A DNA stretch of 45,748 nt. Origin: a virus. Under the pieces are notes generated by a model. It was not told the DNA's origin, did not search any database, and worked only from the letters and a program-made list of their open reading frames with translations. The DNA lies in IMG/VR virus record IMGVR_UViG_3300045988_020540, one strand, 5' to 3'. The translations under genes were made by a program, and so were the position numbers. Positions 35,376 to 42,050 of this stretch are shown piece after piece; positions within the stretch are counted from its first letter, which is position 1; every line of letters starts with the position of its first letter.

Positions 35376-35525
35376 TTAATTCCTCCATTCATAATCTTTG
35401 TGGTACTTTGCCTTGTACCATTCTTCAAACTCTTTCTTGTGTTCCGTTGACTGGAAGTAGTCTTTGACTCTCTCAATCAACTGGGAACACAAAGCACTTT
35501 CTTCCATCGTAGGAACTGCCATCAT
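35376..35525 (-). CDS. Small protein (49 aa) between cro-like gene and DGR target 2, not in the ORF track
   Basis: My translation is MMAVPTMEESALCSQLIERVKDYFQSTEHKKEFEEWYKAKYHKDYEWRN. The ATG overlaps the upstream TGA, and an AAGGAG RBS is present. Confidence 0.45.
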   Translation of the reverse strand: MMAVPTMEESALCSQLIERVKDYFQSTEHKKEFEEWYKAKYHKDYEWRN

Positions 35526-35746
35526 CACTCCTTAACAAGAACAGAACCTTCTTCGTACTTATCAAGAATGTCGTGAGACAATTCGATGATTGCATCTGCT
35601 TTGCTTCCGCTTCGTGACCCGGCAAGCACGGAACTCATTTCCGTCTTATCCGTAACGATTCCTCTAAGACCTAACTGATTGATAAGCCACACCTGAGTCA
35701 ACTGGTGCTTTTTGAGTCGGCTACGAATGTCCTCACGTTCTGCCAT
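35525..35746 (-). CDS. Cro-like small HTH regulator, first gene of the early operon
   Basis: LTQVWLINQLGLRGIVTDKTEMSSVLAG looks like an HTH. I prefer the start at 35746 (MAEREDI) because of the AAAGGAGG RBS. It is divergent from the cI-like gene. Confidence 0.6.
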   Translation of the reverse strand: MAEREDIRSRLKKHQLTQVWLINQLGLRGIVTDKTEMSSVLAGSRSGSKADAIIELSHDILDKYEEGSVLVKE

Positions 35747-35787
35747 GTCGTGTACCTCCTTTCGTTGATTTTGCTTATCAACTAAAG

Positions 35788-35816
35788 TTGACAAAATACT
35801 CTTCAAAGGTTATAAT
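35788..35816 (+). promoter_or_regulatory. Consensus sigma-70-type promoter pointing toward the cI-like gene
   Basis: TTGACA at 35788..35793, exactly 17 nt, then TATAAT at 35811..35816. Confidence 0.55.
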
Positions 35817-35926
35817 ATGGGTGTCGAACCAATATAACCATTGAAAACCGTCAGGGGTAAAATTAAATCCCCGGAGGGCTTGTTTTCTTTACCCTATTTT
35901 GTAAACAACTCTTGTTGACAAGACCT

Positions 35927-35955
35927 ATAATAATCCCTATCTAGGAATTTGTCAA
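35927..35955 (-). promoter_or_regulatory. Strong promoter pointing toward the cro-like gene and early operon
   Basis: The minus strand reads TTGACA (35955..35950), a 17 nt spacer, then TATTAT (35932..35927). Confidence 0.5.
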
Positions 35956-36007
35956 GCGGTTTTAGGAAAATTTTTAAATTTTATTCCCTAGTTAGGAGGA
36001 TTTAGGA

Positions 36008-36376
36008 ATGAATAATGATTTATTACTAAAACGCATTGATGAATTATGCACCGAAAAAGGAGTAAAGAAAACAACTGCTTTCACTGAAAGTCACGTTGGT
36101 AAGAACTTCGCCAGTAACCTGAAAACCTCTAACCCTAGCCAAAAGAACCTTGCTTTATTGGCTCAGTATTTTGATTGTACTGTTGATTACCTCTTAGGTA
36201 ATTCCGATGACCGGGGAACTGTAACAATCCCTATTCAGGAATCTATTCAGCTTTCTGAGGAAGAACGTATTTTGATTTCCGCATTTAGGAGTGCTTCTAT
36301 AGAAGGACGCATGAGAATTATCCAAGTCTGTATGAATGAAAAGGATGCAAAAGGGGAAACTATCATTGCAGGATAA
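36008..36376 (+). CDS. cI-like XRE-family repressor
   Basis: 122 aa. An N-terminal HTH region (KKTTAFTESHVGKNFASNLK ... LALLAQYFDCTVDYLLG) is followed by a short C-terminal domain. It lies directly upstream of the integrase. Confidence 0.7.
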   Translation: MNNDLLLKRIDELCTEKGVKKTTAFTESHVGKNFASNLKTSNPSQKNLALLAQYFDCTVDYLLGNSDDRGTVTIPIQESIQLSEEERILISAFRSASIEGRMRIIQVCMNEKDAKGETIIAG

Positions 36377-36403
36377 TAAGCATTGAAGAATGGAGGAAGA
36401 ACC

Positions 36404-37987
36404 ATGTACGAAGAGATTAAGACTGCCTGTCTATATCTGCGATATTCAAGCAGCAACCAAACTGAACAGTCCATAGAAGGTCAGATGCACGTCTGCCAAG
36501 ATTTCTGCAAGAGACACAATATCAGAATTGTAGAGATGTACATAGATCGTGCCACCTCTGCCAGTAAGGACATAGAGAAAAGAGTAGAGTTCTTGAAGAT
36601 GATTAAGGACTCAGAAAAGGGGAACTTTGATGCAGTCATCGTCTATAAACTTGACCGCTTTGCCCGATCCCGGTATGACTCAGCTACTTACAAGTACCGT
36701 CTGAAAAGAAACGGTGTACAGCTTGTCTCTGCCACTGAGAACATCACCCAAGACCCGGAAGGAATCATTCTTGAATCCGTTCTTGAAGGTATGGCAGAGT
36801 TCTATAGTGCGGAACTCTCACAGAAAATCAATCGTGGTATGAGGGAGTCAGCTATGAAGCATAACTCCATCGGTGGGGCTATCCCTCTGGGGTACAAGAC
36901 CGTGGATAAGAAACTGATAGTTGATGAAACCACTGCACCTATCGTCCGGGAAGCATTTCAGATGTATGCAGACGGTGAGTCCGTAGCTGAGATATGCAGG
37001 ACATTCAATAACCGTGGGTACAAGACCTCAAAGGGAACACGCTTCGGGAAAAGCAGCTTCACCAAGATTTTCCGTAATGAGAAATACATCGGAGTCTATA
37101 AGTACCATGACTACCGGGCAGAAGATGTTATCCCACCGATCATAGATAAAGCCCTCTGGGACAGAGTGCAAGTGAGAATCGGTAAGATAAAGAAAGCCCC
37201 TGCCCGAAACAAGGCAAGGCATACTTACCTTCTGACAGGGAAACTATTCTGCGGACACTGCGGCAGTGCCATGAACGCTGACGGCAACTCTAACGGCTAT
37301 CTATACTACAGATGTTACGGTAAAAAGAATCTGGATAAACAATGTAATAAGCGGAACATGGAAAAGAACTTGATTGAAAGACTGGTTGCACAGGACGCAA
37401 TGTCATTCCTAACCGATGAATATATTGAGAAGATTGCTACTATTGCCTGTGACCGGAACAGACAAGAGATTGAGAGTGATTCACCCATCCCTGTGATCCG
37501 TGACCGGATTAGACAGGTTGACGTGTCTTTGAACAATCTGCTGAAAGCTATCGAAACTGGGTCTGCCCCGGATATGCTTGTAAAGCGTATGGGAGAACTT
37601 GAAACTGAGAAGAAAGATATGGAAGTGCAGCTTAAAAAGGAAATGGCACACCAAGTCTATATTGATAAAGAGCAGGTAATCTTCTGGTTAGAGAAGTTCC
37701 GTGAAGGGGATATCAATGACGAAGAGTTCTGTCAGACCGTGATTGATCTGTTCGTAAATTCTGTGACTGTATGGGATGAACCGGACAATAAGTTCAGGAT
37801 CACCATAGCCTATAATCTCACCTCTATACCGCAAAAAACCTACCGCCTGTCGAAAGACGGTAGGTTATCGGATTACGCTTCCAATACTCCACCATTGAGT
37901 GCAAATCCAATGATCTCAGGAAGCCTTATGATTCATACCTTTACAGTCACCGTACACCCGCAGAAACGGGGAAGGAAAACCCTGTAA
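36404..37987 (+). CDS. Large serine recombinase (integrase)
   Basis: The N-terminal resolvase domain has CLYLRYSSSNQ (catalytic Ser region) and VIVYKLDRFARS. A recombinase domain follows, then a zinc ribbon (CGHCGSAM...YYRCYGK) and a coiled-coil C-terminus. I prefer the start at 36404 with its GGAGG RBS. Confidence 0.9.
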   Translation: MYEEIKTACLYLRYSSSNQTEQSIEGQMHVCQDFCKRHNIRIVEMYIDRATSASKDIEKRVEFLKMIKDSEKGNFDAVIVYKLDRFARSRYDSATYKYRLKRNGVQLVSATENITQDPEGIILESVLEGMAEFYSAELSQKINRGMRESAMKHNSIGGAIPLGYKTVDKKLIVDETTAPIVREAFQMYADGESVAEICRTFNNRGYKTSKGTRFGKSSFTKIFRNEKYIGVYKYHDYRAEDVIPPIIDKALWDRVQVRIGKIKKAPARNKARHTYLLTGKLFCGHCGSAMNADGNSNGYLYYRCYGKKNLDKQCNKRNMEKNLIERLVAQDAMSFLTDEYIEKIATIACDRNRQEIESDSPIPVIRDRIRQVDVSLNNLLKAIETGSAPDMLVKRMGELETEKKDMEVQLKKEMAHQVYIDKEQVIFWLEKFREGDINDEEFCQTVIDLFVNSVTVWDEPDNKFRITIAYNLTSIPQKTYRLSKDGRLSDYASNTPPLSANPMISGSLMIHTFTVTVHPQKRGRKTL

Positions 37988-39379
37988 TTACAGAAGTCTG
38001 TTGACTTCTTTCTGCACAGCAGCATAATCATATCCTGCGGCAGTCAACTTGTTCTTACGGTCTGTGCCGTTGCCCCACTTGCCTGCGATAACTTCCTTCG
38101 CAATCTGAGTCACAGATTTCTTACTGGAAGTGCTGCCCTTCGCCAGTTCATTGACTTTCGCCTGAACCTGAGAGTAATTGTACCCGGCAGCTTCCAGTTT
38201 CTTCTTACGGTCATCACCGTTGCCCCACTTGCCTGCAAGCACCTCTTTTGCGACTTCGGTAACGGACTTTGTAGGTGTGGTAGTTTTACCGCCTGCAAGT
38301 CTGTTTACCGCAGCCTGCACCTCAGAGTAGTTATATCCTGCGGCAGTAAGAGCGTTCTTTCTGGCATCACCATTACCCCATGCACCTGCAAGAACTTCCT
38401 TTGCTACTTCATCTACAGATTTCTTAGTAACAGAAGTGCTGCCGCCATCTGGATATCTCAGAACATGATTCCACGGATAATTACGGTAAGCCCTGATAAG
38501 AAACTCTTTTCCGGTCTGATCTCCCGGTGTTCCACCTGTAGCCGTACCTTTTTCATTGATAGACGCTTCCACTTCCATACCATTACCGCAATACATTGCG
38601 ACATGGTGTTTGTCATTCAGCAAAATATCACTTCGTTTCAGTCCTGCACCTGTAGCCAGATTTACCTTATTGGTAACATCTTCAAAACCGAAGTGTTTGA
38701 ATACGGCAAGCATTACTCCCGTATAAGCACATCCGTACTTTTCAAAAGAGTAGGTTTTTACCGGAATCCCTGCGTGTTCCCATGCAGTATATACAGCGGA
38801 AGAACAATCGTAGTCACCATCTTCGCCCCAACGGTGTGTCTGGCAATATCCATGTCTGTCATCTTTCGCAGTATCTTCCATCCATTTGATAGCTGTCTCT
38901 GCTTTACTCATTTTTGTTACCTCCTTATCATACTTCGTAAGATTGTATTGTTCAACCAGTTTCATGTTATTAGTCACATAAGTAGAACTTGTGGCATATC
39001 CGTCAGCCTTGATGGTTTCCAGATATTTCTTCGGATCAGTGATCCCTTTAAGGTTCTGATATCTGGCAAGCTGAATGAACTCAAAGTAACCCTTGATACC
39101 TTCCTCCATAGAATCATAGACACGGAAGTTGTCTTTAATCGTAGTCAGTGTACCCACGCTGTACTCTTCCTGAGTAGTCATGTTGACACTCTTGCCTGTC
39201 CACTTCGTACCACATTTAAGTCCGAAGTAGTTATGGTATCGGGCGGCAAGTTTGGAATTGCCCCAACCAGATTCAAGAATTGCCTGTGCAATAATCGGAC
39301 TATGTACTTTGATTCCGTACTGGGCTGCATACTTCTGTACGAACTTCGCTACCTGTTCAATAAATTCCTGATTTGTCAT
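37988..39379 (-). CDS. Modular endolysin: N-terminal glucosaminidase (GH73-like), central Cys-peptidase-like domain and three C-terminal CW_7 repeats
   Basis: AQAILESGWGNSKLAARYHNYFGLK is a GH73 signature. YDCSSAVYTAW...HHVAMY suggests a Cys/His peptidase. GxWGNGxxRKxxLxxAGYxY occurs three times. Confidence 0.85.
   Translation of the reverse strand: MTNQEFIEQVAKFVQKYAAQYGIKVHSPIIAQAILESGWGNSKLAARYHNYFGLKCGTKWTGKSVNMTTQEEYSVGTLTTIKDNFRVYDSMEEGIKGYFEFIQLARYQNLKGITDPKKYLETIKADGYATSSTYVTNNMKLVEQYNLTKYDKEVTKMSKAETAIKWMEDTAKDDRHGYCQTHRWGEDGDYDCSSAVYTAWEHAGIPVKTYSFEKYGCAYTGVMLAVFKHFGFEDVTNKVNLATGAGLKRSDILLNDKHHVAMYCGNGMEVEASINEKGTATGGTPGDQTGKEFLIRAYRNYPWNHVLRYPDGGSTSVTKKSVDEVAKEVLAGAWGNGDARKNALTAAGYNYSEVQAAVNRLAGGKTTTPTKSVTEVAKEVLAGKWGNGDDRKKKLEAAGYNYSQVQAKVNELAKGSTSSKKSVTQIAKEVIAGKWGNGTDRKNKLTAAGYDYAAVQKEVNRLL
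37991..38419 (-). repeat. Three CW_7 (Cpl-7-like) cell-wall-binding repeats of about 41 aa
   Basis: The repeats are SVDEVAKEVLAGAWGNGDARKNALTAAGYNYSEVQAAVNRL, SVTEVAKEVLAGKWGNGDDRKKKLEAAGYNYSQVQAKVNEL and SVTQIAKEVIAGKWGNGTDRKNKLTAAGYDYAAVQKEVNRLL. Confidence 0.85.
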
Positions 39380-39426
39380 AATGTATCACTCCTTCGTGAA
39401 GAGGGGAGAATGGCTCTCCCCTGTGA

Positions 39427-39861
39427 TTACTGATCTGTGTTATCCTCAGAGTCAGATTTCTTTTTAAGTACCTCAATCGCAGATGTAATTGCCGGGGGAA
39501 TGTTGATTCCCATAAGACCTGCATTTTCCACAATGGAAATAGTCTCATTCGCAATAAAAGCAATCACTACTGCATCTCTAATAAAGTTCGTCCCGGTCAC
39601 AAGGTCAAGGCGTGTAGCCACCAGAACCATCAGAAGAGTAATGCACTTACGGCACAGTCCCTTCCATCCTGCTCTTGACTCCAAAGCACCGTTTTCCGTT
39701 TTACCGGAGTTATGGAACACACCTGCCACAAGCAGACCTGTCACATAATCAATAGCCATGAAAATTACCAGTGTTACCAGTGCGGCATCCCAACCGCCAA
39801 ACAGAGAAGCAATCACGCTTCCGACAACTCCAATAGCTGTACAAATTCCATCCTTCATCAT
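39427..39861 (-). CDS. Holin (phage_holin_4 / TcdE-like)
   Basis: Multiple TM helices and the motif AIDYVTGLLVAG...GWKGLCRK. It is directly upstream of the endolysin. I prefer the start at 39861 because of the GGAGG RBS. Confidence 0.75.
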   Translation of the reverse strand: MMKDGICTAIGVVGSVIASLFGGWDAALVTLVIFMAIDYVTGLLVAGVFHNSGKTENGALESRAGWKGLCRKCITLLMVLVATRLDLVTGTNFIRDAVVIAFIANETISIVENAGLMGINIPPAITSAIEVLKKKSDSEDNTDQ

Positions 39862-39865
39862 CTCT

Positions 39866-40021
39866 TTAGTCCTCCTGTTCATCGTAGTCCTCTCCGGTAA
39901 TCTCTTTGAAATTCTCCGGGCTGATCCATCCCTTTTTTACTGCGTCCCTGACTCTCTTTTCCTTCCAGAGTCCATTGTCATAGAAATTCTTAACCATCTC
40001 AAACTTACTCTTCTTCGCCAT
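39866..40021 (-). CDS. xkdX: XkdX-family small protein (51 aa), not in the ORF track
   Basis: My translation is MAKKSKFEMVKNFYDNGLWKEKRVRDAVKKGWISPENFKEITGEDYDEQED. It matches the XkdX pattern (YxxGLW...V...GWIT.E.Y.EITG) and sits before the holin. Confidence 0.65.
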   Translation of the reverse strand: MAKKSKFEMVKNFYDNGLWKEKRVRDAVKKGWISPENFKEITGEDYDEQED

Positions 40022-40199
40022 GATCCTGTACCTCCTGTTCGTCATCTTCCTGCTCCATCTCGATATCTGTCATCATAGCCAGATATTCAATGTCACTGTT
40101 CGCCTTTGCGATCTGTGCCTGCATTGCAGCGTTCTTCTGACGCTCTTTTACAAGCTGTTCTCTTGCACTGATAAATCCAAACATTTGCTTTCCCTCCAT
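40005..40199 (-). CDS. Small acidic coiled-coil protein
   Basis: 64 aa ORF overlapping the 3' end of the RT ORF. An alternative start MFGFISA lies 5 codons in. Confidence 0.4.
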   Translation of the reverse strand: MEGKQMFGFISAREQLVKERQKNAAMQAQIAKANSDIEYLAMMTDIEMEQEDDEQEVQDHGEEE

Positions 40200-41281
40200 A
40201 AATTCTTATAATATTGATCCATACAGATAATGAGGTTGTGACAATTTCTCCTTGCCCTCCTACCCGGAGATTTCCTTTTCTTGCTACTCTCATTACCTAC
40301 ATGGGCTTTCCAACTCTCATAACACCTGTCAACCTCTTCCTTCGTCATGTACCCTTGCTTTGCCCTTTCTACCAACTTCCGCAGCTTTCGCCGTTCGTGT
40401 GATAACTTCTCTGGCAGTAATGTCATGACTACCTTTCCGGTCTTTACCAACCGGAAGCGGAAACCTAGAAACTTGATACCCTGAGTCACCTTGAAAAGCT
40501 GTGTTTTCTTCGGACTCAATCTCAAACCTCTTGCGGTCATCCAAGCATCTATCTTTATCAAACACTCCTGTAAATAAGCCTTGTCCTCATGGATGATAAT
40601 GAAATCATCGTTGTACCGGACATAGTGCTTAATATGAAGTTGCTCTTTTATAAAATGGTCGAAGTCATCTAAGACTGCTAACTGTATAAGCTGTGTCGTT
40701 TCTGAACCAAGACCCATACCTACCTCTGGATCATCACCCTGATTGAAGCTGTCAATGATCCGCTTAATTTCTCCGTTCACCCATTCATCCGTGACTCTCT
40801 TCGTTACCGCTGAATAAGCCAGTTCATGAGAGGTGCTACCGAAGAAATTCTTCAAGTCTGCTTTGAGTACCCACCCTTCCGTACCGTGTTTCCGGTAATA
40901 CTTTTGTAGGTGGCAGATCAGCCTTTTCCTTGCGAACTCTGTTCCTCTTCCGTCCTGACAAGCACAGTTATCATAGATAAATGATTTTGTCATGGTATCG
41001 TAAAAGTAGTTGTCGCATAGGCTTCTCTGAAATACTCTGTCCTTGATTCTTGTACTTACAATGTCTCTTTCTTTTGGCTCATACACTTTGAACTGTGTAT
41101 AAGCATCTAACTTATATGTACCATTCTCCACGCTCTCCTTTAGCTTATGAACATTAACCAAACCATTCTTTACATACCCGGCTACACTGTCTTTCCACAT
41201 GACGTTGTTCTTGCAATGCTGCATAGCCCGGTACAGATTATCAAAGTCACAGACTTCATCTCTCACTTCGGATTCCATCAT
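40148..41281 (-). CDS. DGR-type reverse transcriptase
   Basis: 377 aa with RT motifs. The YxDD box appears as VRYNDDFIII. LGSETTQL sits in the position of the DGR-specific [I/L]GxxxSQ motif. The gene is directly downstream of the TR. Confidence 0.85.
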   Translation of the reverse strand: MMESEVRDEVCDFDNLYRAMQHCKNNVMWKDSVAGYVKNGLVNVHKLKESVENGTYKLDAYTQFKVYEPKERDIVSTRIKDRVFQRSLCDNYFYDTMTKSFIYDNCACQDGRGTEFARKRLICHLQKYYRKHGTEGWVLKADLKNFFGSTSHELAYSAVTKRVTDEWVNGEIKRIIDSFNQGDDPEVGMGLGSETTQLIQLAVLDDFDHFIKEQLHIKHYVRYNDDFIIIHEDKAYLQECLIKIDAWMTARGLRLSPKKTQLFKVTQGIKFLGFRFRLVKTGKVVMTLLPEKLSHERRKLRKLVERAKQGYMTKEEVDRCYESWKAHVGNESSKKRKSPGRRARRNCHNLIICMDQYYKNLWRESKCLDLSVQENSL

Positions 41282-41552
41282 GTATATTTCTCCCGTAAAT
41301 CATTGGTTGCCGTTTATAGTGATACTGCCGTAAGGACGGCAATCACATCAGCACTCCGTTTTCGCCCTACTATATTCAGGTCAGGGTGACGATTCCTTGT
41401 GTGAGTGCATTGATTTCAGCCTATGCCTACTTTATTACTAGCGTTTCTCACAATCCGGGGCAACCCCATTGCTGTTGTTCGCATTGTTGTTGTTCAGATT
41501 ACCCGTATTGTTCACATTGCGAACGTTGTTACTGTTCCCGGCGTTCGGGGTA
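41282..41552 (-). ncRNA. Predicted DGR RNA: template repeat plus 168 nt spacer upstream of the RT
   Basis: A non-coding stretch lies between the TR 3' end (41450) and the RT start (41281). It contains a perfect hairpin, TGCCGT-CCTT-ACGGCA on the transcribed (minus) strand, at 41326..41341. Confidence 0.5.
41450..41552 (-). other. DGR template repeat (TR)
   Basis: In the frame of the targets the coding strand reads TPNAGNSNNVRNVNNTGNLNNNNANNSNGVAPDC, with 15 AAY codons. It has 35 adenines on the coding strand. It is not part of any plausible ORF. Confidence 0.9.
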
Positions 41553-41586
41553 AACACATATCTTACAATCGTCAACCTTATATCAT

Positions 41587-42006
41587 TTACTTGTATCTAT
41601 TTTCATCAGACCTCTTCCAGTTCCGAAGAAGATTCTGGACATTGATTACAAGTCCTGTCCAGTAGTCCATCTTAGAACCTTCGATTCCGAAAGTACGGTA
41701 AGCAATATCCATCATGGTTAGCAAGGAATATGTCTATGCCAAAGCCTGAACTTGATATCCTCTCCGTAATTCCCAGTCGGCTTTCCAATGTTCAGACTCA
41801 GGATTCACATACACTGAATTTGCCATATTGATAAGTCGGCTGATTTCTACCGCAGCATCTACGATCTTTGCGGTGATGCACCAACGGTATCTCTTCGGGA
41901 AGCAACTCTCATTACTGCAAATATGGATAGTATGTGTAGCCAACTCATTTGCCTTTGTGATTACTTCCAACTTTGAAGTACCTCTCTTTGACTTCGGTAC
42001 TGACAT
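41587..42006 (-). pseudogene. avd: avd (accessory variability determinant, four-helix-bundle type) interrupted by an in-frame TAG at 41734..41736
   Basis: The N-terminal part (42006..41737, MSVPKSKRG...YQVQALA) and the 42 aa ORF 41715..41587 (MMDIAYRTFGIEGSKMDYWTGLVINVQNLLRNWKRSDENRYK) are in the same frame. They are separated only by TAG plus 6 sense codons. The combined length of about 139 aa ends 35 nt before the TR. Confidence 0.65.
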
Positions 42007-42022
42007 TTTCCTCACTCCTTTC

Positions 42023-42040
42023 CCACCCCTAACGGGGTGG
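42023..42040 (-). promoter_or_regulatory. Hairpin 22 nt downstream of VR1 (candidate DGR target-recognition element)
   Basis: The minus strand reads CCACCCC-GTTA-GGGGTGG, a 7 bp GC-rich stem with a 4 nt loop. It lies between the target stop (42051) and the avd RBS. Confidence 0.65.
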
Positions 42041-42050
42041 ATTTCTGATC

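Noticed and set aside
40148-41281. The reverse transcriptase as a retron, group II intron or abortive-infection RT.
   Set aside because: An adjacent TR with two adenine-mutated VR copies, an avd-like gene and the canonical gene order identify it as a DGR RT. No intron-like RNA domains or msr/msd-type inverted repeats are apparent.
41423-41665. Plus-strand ORFs 41423..41665, 42081..42314 and 34729..34980 share similar peptides (GNP.AVVR..V.QITR.VHTANV.TVPG.), which could look like a conserved gene family.
   Set aside because: They are antisense translations of the TR, VR1 and VR2 repeats. Their similarity simply reflects the DGR repeats. They have no RBS and overlap well-supported minus-strand genes.
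41734-41736. Genome-wide TAG (amber) recoding, as seen in some gut phages, as an explanation for the interrupted avd.
   Set aside because: TAG closes several well-defined genes here: the tail protein at 45005, the FtsK-like gene at 17285 and the HTH gene at 14655. No other long ORF appears broken by TAG. The upstream frame of the exonuclease contains TAA as well as TAG stops. I also saw no suppressor tRNA gene.
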